Origin: Octopus sinensis
Taxonomy: Eukaryota
Length of the DNA: 64,000 nt
Reading direction: 5' to 3'
NCBI RefSeq assembly: GCF_006345805.1
Contig: NC_043010.1
Span: 5,828,001 to 5,892,000, forward strand
This document shows positions 1-13,544 of the stretch, piece after piece. The position numbers and the translations under genes were made by a program. The first letter of the stretch is position 1. Each line of letters starts with the position of its first letter. The notes under the pieces were generated by a model. It saw only the letters and a program-made list of their open reading frames with translations. It did no database searches and was not told where the DNA came from.

Positions 1-655
1 TCTACCAAATAAATGGAAATGAATTTATACAGAAGTTTATATTCAGAAAATAATACACAACCTCTACATAATTTCTATGTATTTGACATTGTTCTCTTCT
101 TGTGCTTAGTTGCTATTTACAAGAAACAGTATGAATAAGGCTCTTGCAGTTCTATGATAGAAAAGGTTTCACCATCTGTAACACAATGCTTAAGAAAACC
201 AACTACACAACTAGTCACATAACATTTAGAAAGTTATAGAAAAGAAAAAATGGCATTCAGAAAGAAGCTAAACAACAGATTTACCTGGTTAAGAGAAGAG
301 AGAGAGGGGAGATTTGCACTGAGTTGATTAAAGTATAAAGTATTTTTAAATAGTGAGAAACTGTATAGTGTAAATTTTATTTTTAATGTGTTGCATAGCA
401 ACACAATTATTAGCTTTAAGAATAAATGAAATTAATTATAGAAATTAAAATAAGACGGTCTTAAGTTACTCTTATGAAAATGGTAGAACAAGTCTTTTAC
501 CTGTGATCTTTTATTTTTTACTTGTTTCAGTCTTTGAACTGCAGCCATGCTGGAGCACTGCCTTGAAGGATTTACTTGAACAAATTAACTCCAGTACTTG
601 TTTTATAAACCTGTTACTTATTCTATCAATCTTTGTTGAGTATATATATATATAT

Positions 656-951
656 CACCGTGACCAACCAGGCTATCAGATGTTGCTACACATCGCTGGT
701 CAAAATGCACTTCGCATTTTTTTAGCCTTCAAATTACGCCACCCCGCTGGCTTAGCGAGCAGTCTAACAGAAAGAGTGAGAAAAAGTTGTGGCGAAAGAG
801 TACAGCAGGGACCGCCACCACCCCCTGCCAGAGCCTCATGGAACTTTAGGTGTTTTCGCTCAATAAACACTCACAACGCCCGGTCTGGGAATCAAAACTG
901 CGATCCTACGACCATGAGTCCACTGCCCTAACCACTGGGCCATTGCGCCTC
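656..951 (-). mobile_element. tRNA-headed SINE, family C, tail variant 1
   Basis: Minus strand begins GGAGGCGCAATGGCCCAGTGGTTAGGGCAG (A-box) followed by a B-box-like GTTTTGATTCC. The first ~200 bp match the copy at 51516, but the 3' tail differs. Confidence 0.8.
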
Positions 952-1832
952 CATATATATATGTATGTATCTATGTACATATGTATGTAAACATACAACA
1001 GGCTTCTTTCAGTTACTATCCACCAATCCACCCACAAGGCTTTGGTTGTCCCACAGCTAGAGTGGAAGATGATACACAGTGGGACTGAACCCAAGCTCAC
1101 ATGGTCTGGAAGCATTCCATCCCTAATCTTCTTGTCTATTTTATGGGCCTAGAACTACATATTTCTGGAGAAACAACAGTAAGATAAGTTTTTAGCTAAT
1201 TACCTTTTAATTACTTTAAATGGCTTATAAACACCTTCCACGCTGCAATTATTTTCGTTCCAGCACACAATCTCAGATCAGGTCATTTGCTATGCAAGTA
1301 CATCTCTGTAATACCTTCTAATTGCTTCAGTCATTAAACTGCAGCCATGCTGAGGCACTGTCTAGAACAGTTTTTCATTGAATGAATTGACCCTGGCACA
1401 TTTTTTTTCAAGCCTGATACTTATTCTATCAGTCTGTTTCTCCAAACTGCTAAGTTAAGGGCTCATAAATACACCAACATTAAATGTCAATCGGTAGGTG
1501 GGAGACAAACACAGACATGAAGGCACACACATACATCTACACACACACACACAAATATATATATATATATAAATGGAACAAAAACATTCAGACAGATAGA
1601 CGATACAAAGGCAGATAGGAGAAACAACAATTAGGACAGGCAAAAAAAGACGGGTCGTTGTTGGCCTTCTTTCTTCAGTCAAGTATACCAGAAGTCCTTA
1701 CTGTTTCGGGTAGTTACACTTAAAGCAGTTCGATCTGTTTGCCCCCATATGTATATGTATGTATATATATATATATATATGTATATCTATCTATCTATCT
1801 ATCTATCTATATATATATATATATATATATAC

Positions 1833-1861
<29 letters not shown>

Positions 1862-1863
<2 letters not shown>

Positions 1864-2335
1864 GGGTGTGTAAGATATTTGAGGACAGTTTATGTATATG
1901 ATAAAACAGATGTATAATAACAGATAATAAATTTATTTATAAAAAAATGCTATGAGGATAAAAATAAACCTTCCTCTCTATAATGTTATTTAATAAAGCC
2001 ATCTTCAGTTTCAACAACTGCTTCTATATGAAATCTAAATCATCTACATGCTTGAATCAAGTGGTCCTGGTTCATTTTAGACATTACTCTGACTATGGCA
2101 GCTTTCAAAAAGTCTTTGGTATTATGGACATGTTCAGTGACCTCTTTCTCAACAACATGTAATAGTCCATACACTGTTTATCCAGGGCTTAGCAAGTATT
2201 TCCAGAACCTGAATGTAGGCTGCAGAGTTAACTCTAAGGCCTTATGGAAAGAAGTAAGGAGGCATCACATGTCCTTCATTGCTGACAACTCCTGAAACTA
2301 TGACAGTTGCAAGAAATTTTATATGCATAAAACTT
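1862..2335 (-). mobile_element. Decayed maT-type (Tc1/mariner superfamily) transposon fragment with internal deletion
   Basis: Manual translation gives MHIKFLATVIVSGVVSNEGHVMPPYFFP*GLRVNSAAYIQVLEILAKPWINSV, then VEKEVTEHVHNTKDFLKAAIVRVMSKMNQDHLIQACR*FRFHIEAVVETEDGFIK*. It is homologous to the 11360 element but lacks the QQD...DY segment. The terminus TA|TAGGGTG sits next to a (TA)n tract. Confidence 0.8.
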
Positions 2336-3269
2336 TAGGAAGGGAACGAGAGGTCTGATCTGAATGCTAAATTTACTAAACAATACAGAAGTCCCAGACC
2401 TCTGTTGGTCTTGTGAGAGCTTGTGTTTGCAACTGGAAAGATCCTCTCTAAGGTATAAGCTTGGGCAAAATATTTATGGAAGACCAGTAGCTGCCCATAC
2501 TTGCAAGTATTTCTCCTTTCCACCATGGAAGTTGTCCAGGAAAATGACAATGACTAATACAGCTTAGCACCAGTGTTACTGCCAAAATACTACAAGGTAT
2601 CACATCCAGAAGTCTAATAGTTCCAAAAATCCACTCTGAACTGCTATCTTATTTATAAACCCAAAAGGATTAAAGGCAAAGCTAGCTTCAACTGGGTTTG
2701 AACTCAGAACACTCTGTTAGAACAAATATTACAAGACATTTTATCCAACACTCCAATCATTCTGGTAATTCACAGTCTAAATTAAAAAATGGTACTCACT
2801 TTAGCAATGTTAAAGGCATGAAAGTCTTTCTAAAATTATTATATAATTAATAGAAAATGTAGTTTATTTTTAATTTCTCTAAAAAACAAAATGTCATTTT
2901 AGAAATTTTATAGAAAGTTTCATAATGATTTATGCTGAATTTCTATACTTTGAGGTTCATGTCTGAATGATCATTTTCTTTTAAACATTATTTCAGATCT
3001 AATTATTTTAAAAATTAAATGTCAATGATGAGTTATTGTTCATAGCATAATAATTTTGCAGACTATTAACTTCAGCTTTCGTGGTTAGAACTGCCTCAGT
3101 ATTTACATCTATCCATGTTTCAGTTAATTCTATCTCCAGTAGTCATCAGAGTTTTATTTTTGGATGTGTACATAGTACCAGAATGGATTTGCAACAGGAA
3201 TCTCTATTTCTAAGTGGTTTAGGTCACTGACACATGTATACTAGTCGTTGAAAATGTTATATACTCTTT

Positions 3270-3916
3270 TTTCTTTTACTCATTTCAGTCGTTTATCTGT
3301 GGCCATGCTGGAGCACCACCATGAAGGCCTTTAGTTGAACAAATCTACCCCAGGACTTCTTTCTTATTCTACTGGTCTCTTTTGCTAAACTGCTAAGTTA
3401 CAGGGATGTAAACACACTAACACCAGTTGTCAAGTGTTGATGGTGAGGTGCAAACAAAAATAATACTGATGCAATGTCATTTACTGCATCTTCTGCTCTT
3501 TCTGCCCTTCTCTGTACATTAGTCAAATGGGATGCCGCTTGGCTGACCAGTTTGCAGAGCACCTCCAAGACATCAGACTTGGCAATGACACCCCGGTCTC
3601 ATGCCAATTCCACTCTACCAGTCATTCACTGCAACACCTGTCTGTGTTCAGATTGTCTTTGCACAGGGGCCATCTGGACTCCTGCCTTTACTGTGAACAA
3701 GAATTAATCTTCTCTCTTCAGTCCTTTGCGCCATTTGAGCTCAACTCCCCTTCCTCTCCTCTCTTCACTCCTACCCACCTTTTCTCTTCGTTCATACCCA
3801 CGCCCACTACAAAATACCCCCACGCCTCCACCCCTTTCTCTCTTTCCCGAGCATCAAACTAATACACCTGTTGTTCATACACCTGTCTTCATCTTCTGTT
3901 TTTCTGTAAATTTCAA

Positions 3917-3954
<38 letters not shown>

Positions 3955-4110
3955 TGCTTCTTTCAGTTTCCATCTACCAAATCCACTCACAAGGCTTTGG
4001 TCAGCCTGAGGGTATAGTAGAAGACATTTGCCCAAGGTGTCACACAGTGGAACTGAACTCAGAACCATTTTGTTGAGAAGCTTCTTACCACACAGCCACA
4101 CTTGTGCCTT
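3270..4110 (-). mobile_element. Older family A SINE copy split by a Penelope-like insertion
   Basis: The 3' half lies at ~3270-3460 and the 5' half at ~3950-4110, both matching family A. The GIY-YIG fragment lies between them. Confidence 0.7.
3473..3920 (+). mobile_element. Penelope-like element 3' fragment (GIY-YIG endonuclease remnant plus tail)
   Basis: Translates to NVIYCIFCSFCPSLYISQMGCRLADQFAEHLQDIRLGNDTPVSCQFHSTSHSLQHL...EQELIFSLQSFAPFELNS. This has the VIY/YIG-like motifs, conserved R and EH, and the C-terminal GLN-like motif of PLE endonucleases. Confidence 0.8.
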
Positions 4111-4597
4111 TAGTTTGAAAACAATAATTGTTCTAAGCATAAGCGCAAGGCCTGAAATTTGGAAGAAATGGTTAGTTGATTTAATTGATTCCAGTACTTG
4201 AATGATACTTTATTTTATCAGCCTAGTGGAATAAAAGACATAGTTGACCATAGCAAGATTTGAACTCATAATGTAAAGAGATAATTCCTCAAGGCATTTT
4301 GTCCATTGCTCTAACAATTCAATCAATCCATTATCCTAAGTTTAAAAATAATAATAACCTTCAGTTTGAACACAGCCATATTATGTACACTTATATGTAT
4401 AAGACACCTGGTACTGATGAAAAATGAAACCAATCGCAACATAGTGTAAATCAACTTCATATTATGCCCATCTTTCCACTGTTATTGATTTGTCTTGGTC
4501 ATCACAGCCAATGTCATCTGGCTCACAAAACAGCAGAGGAAAAACTAACTAATTTTGATGTTCTGTATGACTTAAGTACATTTTATCATACCAGAAA

Positions 4598-4963
4598 TCT
4601 ATATATATAAAACTGTAGTTGTGTGAGTGTCTGTCCCCTTCGATTTAGATTCCTAACTACTCCCACATTGCAGTTTAACCAAAACCGGGTATCTTATAGT
4701 TGTGATTCATATCGAGCCCTTCTGGGTATTAGCGCGCATCTACGATTTTAAAAATAATTTACCATCATTTTTTTCCATTTTCATGCATATTTTTTTAAAG
4801 GGAAGTAACTCTCTAAAAATGTCTACAATGAGTCAACGATTTAAAAAAAATTTTACCATCATATTTTTTCCATTTTTAATGCTATTTTTTGGCTATAACT
4901 CTCTAAAAATGCTGTATAGTTATTTACCTTACAAACCCGAGCAACACCGGGCGATACTGCTAG
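4598..4963 (+). mobile_element. Non-autonomous Helitron
   Basis: 5' A|TC and 3' CTAG|T termini with a subterminal hairpin (CCCGAGCAACACCGGG). Near-identical copies at 9589 and 37046. Confidence 0.85.
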
Positions 4964-6449
4964 TATTTGATAAAAGGTTTATAAATATACACAGAAAGAA
5001 GGTCTAAAGATTCTCCTTTATCTTATATCAGTTCCTATTTAGATCTATTGCCCTTCTAGATGAGTCATCTGTGGTGTAGTTTGAAGAGCCCACATTTTGC
5101 CCATTTTATCTCTCCTCATGAAGTTAAGTGTTTAAATAAATTAAAATCTCATTTACACTTGTAATATTTGGATAAATGAATTAATCCCTTTTTCCAATTT
5201 CCTCATTTTATTTATTTTTTTTATACCATTCCATATTTTTCTAGATTTATTCAACGATATTCATTTTTTTTTTTTTTTGTTTTGGTATTAATAAAATGAA
5301 TTAACAGTCATTCAAGTGCTGATTAGAATGTTTTGCAGTTTATACTCCTGTTCTCAGTACTTTGAGTTCAAACCCAGCTGAAATCAACTTTGCTTTTCAC
5401 CCTTTTAGGATCAAAAAATAAAGTGATATTTAACAGTGATGAATCAGTGGGATTCTTAGAGTGTCATATGAGTTGCCTTGTGGTATCTGCTCAAACTCTT
5501 GGTGTTCTAACAGTAATACCAACAATGACACTGGTGCCAAGCAATAACAATTTCTTTTGATGAGTTCATGAAGGTAAAATCTAGTTAATTGAACTAGCTC
5601 CATTATATTAATACTTACTGGTGCTAGTGAGCAATGCAAGATAAATCATTTATCTTTTACTTGGTTCAGTCATTTGGCAGTGGCCATGCTGGGGCACCAC
5701 CTTGAAGGGTTTTATTTCAATAAATCAACCCCAGGACTTAATTTTTATAAACCTAGTATCTATTCTATAGGTCTCTTTTGCCAAACTAAGTTACAGGGAA
5801 CAGAAACACACCTACAACGGTTTTCAAGCAATGGTGGGAATGAACACAGACACAAAGACACACACATACATATGTGTGCTGTGCAGTGGGATTGAACCTG
5901 GAACCATGTGTTAAGGAAGCCAGCTTCTTATTACAGAGCCACACTTGCACCAAAGTTAACTTTGGCAACATATGAACATTGAAGTACACTACAGTAAAAT
6001 ATCTAGACCAGAATTCTTTCAGATTATCTACAAAATTAACATAAAATGCAAAACAAGATATTAAACATTATCCTAAGATCTAAAGCTTTCTAATACCAAT
6101 TGATCATACAAAATACTTAACAGTTTCTCTTATTTTATGATAGATCAAATGACTAAATCATCAAACCTGATATATTTGATCCTTCAAAAAACTGATAAAT
6201 TTACAAACCATGTTCTGTACCAAATAAACTTCCAATGTTGTTCACAGAAATCTATACTGATTGATTTTTCTCCTAAAAATATGAAAAGTAAATTTTTCAA
6301 GAGAAAATTTGAAAATGCATATTTTGTAAAACTAAATTTAATTATTTCTTTCAAGTACGTATTTTTATCTTTTATTTTACCTTTGCTAATAAAAATAGAT
6401 TCCTCAATTATTGGCCGAAAGATTTGAATTATGATGGAATATGTCAAAC

Positions 6450-6481
<32 letters not shown>

Positions 6482-7774
6482 ATATTTGTGTGCGTGTGTA
6501 TTTAGTATAAACTTTCATGAGATATATTTGAACAACTCCTCTTAAATATTATATATACATATCAACTTATCTCTATCTCTCTCCCTATATAAATACACAC
6601 ACACACACTCATGCATATATATATATATATATTATTCATTATATAGACCTATGTGTCATATATAAGTATATAGTGTATATATATATTTTATTTATCTGTC
6701 AACACATACAGACACATAACATTTTATTATATTAGGTTTTCAATAAATGGAAATAAGAGTACTTGGCATTTTTGTAAATGTAAATAAACCTGCACATTTG
6801 TATGCTGTGTTAGAGATGAGAAATCCAAGGTTTCATATAGGGTTCTTATTCAGATAAAAATATGATGTTATCTGATAAATTTCAAACCTAATCTATTCAG
6901 CACTTTCCACTATATATACAATATATCATATTTTCATATTTCTCTGAATAAGAGCCCTGTTTCAAACATTGATTCCATGTCCCTATCAAGGCATACAAAC
7001 TTTTTCATATTTGCAAATTTTATTAAGAAACAATCAAAAGTGGATGCTTGGATATTTCCAGTCAAGTTTGCAATATGAATTGTAGCCCAAACAAATAAAA
7101 TAAACATTTATTGGAAATCACAATTCAATGAGGAAGAAGGGAAAATAAACTAGGAAAAAGAAAATTACGAAGGACAAACTGACATATAAGCATATAGATA
7201 GAATGTAAACTAAGAATTTTAAGAGAATAAAATGTGTGATATTGAATATAGGAAGAAGTTATTAATAATTTAAAATATAGAGAGAAAAATCAAAAATTAA
7301 AATCTCAGCAGAAATATATACATTTATACACAGATACATACAGATATACATAGATATATACATATGAATATATAGGTAAATAAATAAGTATATATATATA
7401 CGCACACACACACACATACACATATATACATACAGACACAATTATATCTACATATATATAAACATATATATATATACGCACACACTTACATATGCATATG
7501 CACGCATATTTTCTTTTCAAATTTTATCTCTACAGCTTACACCTTTCAAAGGATGCCTGAAATACATTTAGAACATAACAGGATTTAACAATAACTAAAC
7601 ATATTATACCAAAGTAATGTTTCCTCAATCATCCACAACCACCACCACTAACAACAACAACAACAAAAGGAAAAGGAAAAAAGCTAAATTAGATAACAAG
7701 ACACAAAACAAATTTAATACAAATCTCTGTAATAACAAACTTGCTATAGGAAATGATCATGTTTCTGCATGTTT

Positions 7775-8250
7775 ATGTGTGTAAACACGTGTGTGTGTGT
7801 GTATTTGTGTGTGTATGTGTGTGTGTATACATGCATATATATATATATGTATGTATGTATGTAAATGTATGTATATATATATATATGTATGTATGTATGT
7901 ATGCAGGTATGTATATATATATATATGTATGTATGTATGTATGCAGGTATGTATATATATATATATGTATGTATGTATGTATGCAGGTATGTATATATAT
8001 ATATATGTATGTATGTATGTATGCAGGTATGTATGTATGTATATATGTATGTACGTATGTATGTATGCAGGTATGTATGTATGTAAATGTATGTATATAT
8101 ATATGTATGTATGTATGTAAATGTATGTATATATGTATGTATGTATGCAGGTTTGTATGTATGTAAATGTATGTATATATATATGTATGTACGTATGTAT
8201 GTATGGAGGTATGTATGTATGTATGAAAATGTATGTATATATGTGTGTGT
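7775..8250. repeat. Compound (TA)n/(TATG)n microsatellite with a 40-bp higher-order period
   Basis: The marker GCAGGTAT recurs at ~7903, 7943, 7983 and 8023. Confidence 0.9.
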
Positions 8251-9534
8251 TGTGTTGTCAGAAAATTTTGTTCATTTTTTTTTTTACCCCATTTATCTTA
8301 ATCTTTATTTTTCATCAACAATTTTAATAAATCAGTCAATAATATGTTGTTCATCATGTAGTTCACAACTTTTTGCCAATGTTCCACAAGTTTGCTAATG
8401 CTTTGATGGTAGAATTCACTGGATCCCAACTTGAAGAATTTATCGAACCATATTTTCACCACCTGCTTTTGAACAAAATGCCTCACAGACTGTTGGAGAA
8501 TGACCAAAACAGTAAAACAGTAATCCGAGGTCACTATATCAGGTGAATATGGTGTATGTGCTAGAATTTCCCAACCAAGCTCTTGAGTAGCATTTTTGGT
8601 TAAATTAGTGACATGGCGCTTAGTGTTGTCATGTTGAAGAATGATACCATGTGATGGTCAAGTCCTTTCGGTCTCATCCATCAAGTGAAGGTGAGAGACA
8701 TCTGTATCATGAGAGCATCCAATCTGCAAGACCAATTCCTTAATGGATTAACATAAATCCTCATGGATGAGTTCATGCAACTGATCCTCATCACACTGAA
8801 CAGGTCAACTGAAATACAGGGAGTCAAAGAGGTTAGATTTCCCCTCATTGGTTCATCAAAACTATTTCTATGTAGTTAAGTAGCTTGCTTACCAACCACA
8901 TGGTTCCGAGTTCAGTCCCACTGCGTGGCATCTTGGGCAAGTGTCTTCTGCTATAGCCTCGGGCCAACCAATGCCTTGTGAGTGGATTTGGTAGACGGAA
9001 ACTGAAAGAAGCCTGTCGTATATATGTATATGTGTGTGTTGTGTGTGTGTGTTTTTTGTCCCTAGCATTGCTTGACAACCGATGCTGGTGTGTTCGTCCC
9101 CGTCACTTAGCGGTTCGGCAAAAGAGACTGATAGAAATAGTACTGGGCTTACAAAGAATAAGTCCCGGGGTTGATTTGCTCGACTAAAGGTGGTGCTCCA
9201 GCATGGCCGCAGTCAAATGACTGAAACAAGTAAAAGAGTAAGAGTATAGTGCCTTCCCCATACTCAGCACTATTGCCTCAAAGAGCTTTGGAATTTTGAT
9301 TGAAACTCAAGAGAAACAGGTGGTGAAAATGCTCGCTTGTTTTTCTACATGCCATTCCTTTGTCATCTGTCAGAAACGCAGTAAAATTTATTCAATTTTC
9401 AAAAACGATAAAAAAAAGTTGCAGAAATTTAGAGCTACAAAATAAAGCCCCATAAAACACTGTGATAAAAAGTATTTTTCATTTTCATTCAAATAATATT
9501 GGAAAGGAACAAATGAATTTATCTGAAAACCTAA
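8251..9534 (-). mobile_element. Decayed, internally deleted mariner (DD34D) transposon interrupted by a SINE
   Basis: Minus-strand pieces: N-terminal MACRKTSEHFHHLFLLSFNQ...YGEGTI; HTH-like DEDQLHELIHED...IKELVLQIGCSH; catalytic LQHDNTKRH...LGWEILAHTPYSPDIVTSDY with 34 residues between D2 and D3. Degenerate TIRs at both ends. Confidence 0.85.
8871..9246 (+). mobile_element. Family A tRNA-headed SINE with central microsatellite
   Basis: tRNA-like head (GGTTCCGAGTTCAGTCCC), CTTGGGCAAGTGTC core, internal (TA)/(TG) tract, 3' stem-loop CAGTC-AAAT-GACTG and GAGTAAA tail. Nested in the mariner. Confidence 0.9.
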
Positions 9535-9588
9535 CAACAACGGTTGCATGCGCGGCGCACACACACACACACACACACAACTCTTTCA

Positions 9589-9989
9589 TCTTTATATATA
9601 AAAGTGAGGTTGTGTGCTGTCTGTCTCCTACGATTTAGATTCTTAACTACTCCCACATTTTGCGGTGCAGTTTAACCAAAACCGGGTATCTTATAGTCGC
9701 GATTCATATCAAGCCCTTCTGGGTATTAGTGCACGTCTACGATGAGTCTACGATTTAAAAAAAAATTTACCATCATTTTTTCCCATTTGTAATGCATTTT
9801 TTTTGCTATTATATAAGGGAAGTAACTCTCTAAAAATGTATTATTAAATCTCAACGTAAAAAGCTTCAGTAACCCCCCCCCCCCTTTGTGGTTAGCCATA
9901 TTGAGATGGCTATTATACTTTACATCTCTAAAAATGCTTATATAGTTATTTCCCTTACAAACCCGAGCAACGCCGGGCGATACTGCTAG
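9589..9989 (+). mobile_element. Non-autonomous Helitron
   Basis: A|TC...CCCGAGCAACGCCGGG...CTAG|T; same family as 4598. Confidence 0.85.
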
Positions 9990-10349
9990 TATGTATATAA
10001 CATTCAAAGTACAGGAAATTAGTGCCTTTCAGTTATGTATTAAAGAATACTCAACATTTGTATTGAGTTAGTAATTTATCACCTCTGGTGAATCAACAGA
10101 TTTATATATATTTATACATATGTACACACATACTCATGAATGGTTGTGTTCATATGAATACCTGGATGGTTCTTTTGTATTTATTGAAGCTTTTTCTTTA
10201 ATAGAATTCAAGCCAATCACTTCCAACAAAGTGACAACCTCTTTTGTTTAAATCAAAACAGATCTTGGAGTTTTAAGTGAATTTAATTTAATCATGTGTG
10301 CATATGTGTACATGCTTGTGGATAAACCTGTATTCAAGTAGTGGGTGTA

Positions 10350-10780
10350 TACTCTCTCTTTTACTTTCTTTTACTCTTTTACTTGTTTCACTCATTTGAC
10401 TGCGGCCATGCTGGAGCACCGCCTTTAGTCGAGCAACTCGACCCCGGGACTTATTCTTTTGTAAGCCCAGTACTTATCTATCTCGGTCTCTTTTGCCGAA
10501 CGCTAAGTGACGGACGGGACGTAAACACACACAGCATCGTTGTCAAGCAATGCTAGGGGGACAAACACAGACAACACACACACACACACCATCCATATAT
10601 ATATACATACATATATACGACAGGCTTCTTTCAGTTTCCGTCTACCAAATCCACTCACAAGGCATTGGTCGGCCTGGGGCTATAGCAGAAGACACTTGCC
10701 CAAGATGCCACGCAGTGGAACTGAACCCGGAACCATGTGGTTGGTTAGCAAGCTACTTACCACACAGCCACTCCTGCACC
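10350..10780 (-). mobile_element. Family A SINE
   Basis: Full-length reverse-complement match to the 8871 and 19034 copies. Confidence 0.9.
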
Positions 10781-10972
10781 TATATCTCACTTTAGTATAT
10801 AATGTGTGTGTGTGTGTGTGACAATCATTATTACTGCATGAGTGTCCTATTTGATTGTCTATGTAAAACCCAGGAACCTCAAATGGAGAATACTTAAATG
10901 TTCATGTTTTGGTTTCTTGGAGTACCCCAGTATTTCTAGGCATTTATATGAATTTGTCATAACAAAAAGCCT

Positions 10973-11072
10973 NNNNNNNNNNNNNNNNNNNNNNNNNNNN
11001 NNNNNNNNNNNNNNNNNNNNNNNNNNNNNNNNNNNNNNNNNNNNNNNNNNNNNNNNNNNNNNNNNNNNNNNN
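10973..11072. other. Assembly gap (100 N)
   Basis: Run of exactly 100 N, typical of a fixed-size scaffold gap. Confidence 0.99.
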
Positions 11073-11359
11073 TCATTCTTATACTGGTTTTAGTTATTAG
11101 CCTGTAGTTATATTTAAGGACTGCCTCCAAGGTAATTTTGTTGTTTTGCTTTATTCAGTTATATCTGTTATTCATTTTATCCATTACTATTTATAACTTG
11201 TAGCACATCCTCTCTGTTATGGAAGCTATCGTCTTACAGGGAGAAAACAGTACAAAGAATTTGCACTAATTTTTACTAGCATACACACAAACACACACCC
11301 TCACTCATGAGTGAATGGGAATATACATACATACATATATATATATATATACATACATA

Positions 11360-12135
11360 CAGGGTGCGGTGAATATGCTGTCATCTAAATTATGCAAAAA
11401 TGAAAATAACACTGCTTTTAACAGATATATTTACCAAAATTACATAAAAATATCTTGAAATACTAAAGAGTAAATTTATTCAATAAAATCGCCATTGGCT
11501 TCAACCACAGCCTCAAGATGACTTCGGAATCTCCTGCAACTCTTCTGGATGGTCTCCTTGTTTAAGTTGGTGAATGTTGCCATAATCCTTGCCTTCAGTT
11601 CATCATTGGTGTTACAAGGAGTTTTGCTGGTCTCTCACTCAACTGCACCCCACACACAATAATCAAGGGTGTTGCAGTCTGAGAAGTTAGGTAGCCAGAT
11701 GTTAGGGGTGATGTGGTTGCGAATATTGTCTGACAGCCATGACTGGGTTCTCCTGCTTGGGTAACATGGTGAAGAGTCCTGTTGCCAAACATAGTCTTCC
11801 AGCAGCCATCCTCTTGACCCAAGGTAGTACTACCTCCTCAAAGCACTTGATGTAGGCCTCCATGTTGAGTCTGAGGCCATGTAGCAAGATGAATGGTGGC
11901 ATAACGTCGCCATCACTAGTGATCACTCCAAACATCATGATGTTGACTGGATGTTTGATTTTTATCACTCTCACTACATGTCCTCAGATTGACACCCAAA
12001 TTCCGAATTGTTCATATTAGCATTTCCAGCACAAATGCCAAGCTGCACAGCATGTCGTTTCCAAATTTCTGGCAGAGTGAATTGCATCACGGTGCTGTTT
12101 TCTCACAGACAGTGCCCAACTGACCCTACTGTACT
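11360..12135 (-). mobile_element. Internally deleted maT (DD37D) transposon
   Basis: N-terminal MQFTLPEIWKRHAVQLGICAG...LGVNLRT is joined directly to KHPVNIMMFGVITSDGDVMPP. After a frameshift: YVWQQDSSPCY...WLPNFSDCNTLDY (37 residues between D2 and D3)...LEAVVEANGDFIE*. One terminus is TA|CAGGGTG; the other is only approximately placed. Confidence 0.85.
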
Positions 12136-12282
12136 GTGTAGTTGAAAAATTAAAAACAAACAATATATATGCACGAAATTAAAAATATAAAATGGCAACA
12201 ATCTACCCATCATACCCTATGTATATATAAGTATATATATATGTATAGAGATATATATGTATGGATATATATATATGTATGG

Positions 12283-12318
<36 letters not shown>

Positions 12319-13344
12319 GTGTTGTGTATGTGTGTGTGTGTCACCATTGTCCATCTTTCTTTTCCTGCATGGACATTCAAAGGACTGAACATTTTTTCCT
12401 CTTCTATCTTTTCTCTTTTCAAAGAAAATATTTCTCCCAGCATTCACTATTTTCCTCTCATTCTGGTCTAATGACCCTCCATATTTTGTTTTCATTCGGT
12501 TTCCTTATATGTCTCCACTGTCCTGTTTTTGTTCCCAACTTTAATAAATCCTCCATAAATCCTAAATTTTATTTTAGAATGTATGGGAGCAACTGTCTTT
12601 GAAGACTTATATTGTCATTGAATGCTTGAAATGAGGAGTAGATAGACAGCCAACAACCGATGAAGGTTCGTTCTCTGCATTTGCTTGTTCCGATTTCCAT
12701 TTTGTTTACGTATTTAACTCATTTGTTTATCCATTTCATGTTGTTTACACAGTGGGAGATGTCCTGTACCCATATTTTTTTTAAAAATTTAATATAAGAT
12801 AAAGAGTAAAGCCACTACGATCGTTTCATGCCCATAAACCAATTCGAATAACAATTTAAATTCAATTAATAATTTGAATTATGGTTATAGTCAATCTTCA
12901 GGTTAATATAAGATAAAGAGTAAAACCACTACGATCATTTCATGCCCATAAACCAATTTAAATTCATTTAATAATTCGAATTATGGTTATAGTCAATCTT
13001 CAGGTTAATTATAATATTTAAATAAATAATCAGAAATATTTAAGAAATATTTTTTAAGAAATAAATAAAATAATTTTTCTTATAAAATATTCTATTATCA
13101 AACTAGAAACTTAACGATTATGATTATGTCATACAATCGATTATAATGTTAAATATTAATTTTTAAGTATTAATTTTAAGGTAAGAAACCCACAAATAAT
13201 CTAATATCAGTTATAGTCAATATCTAATTACATACATATTTTACAAAAAAAAAATTGAATATATATATTTATACTATAAATTCGATTTAATCCTAAATCT
13301 AATTTTTCCCTGTAAGTTTGGATTTACTCCATAATATTATTATA

Positions 13345-13389
<45 letters not shown>

Positions 13390-13449
13390 TATATATATAT
13401 AACACACACATCTATATATATAAATACATATACATATATATACATACAT

Positions 13450-13512
<63 letters not shown>

Positions 13513-13544
13513 ACACATATATATACAAACAATATATGTTCTAT

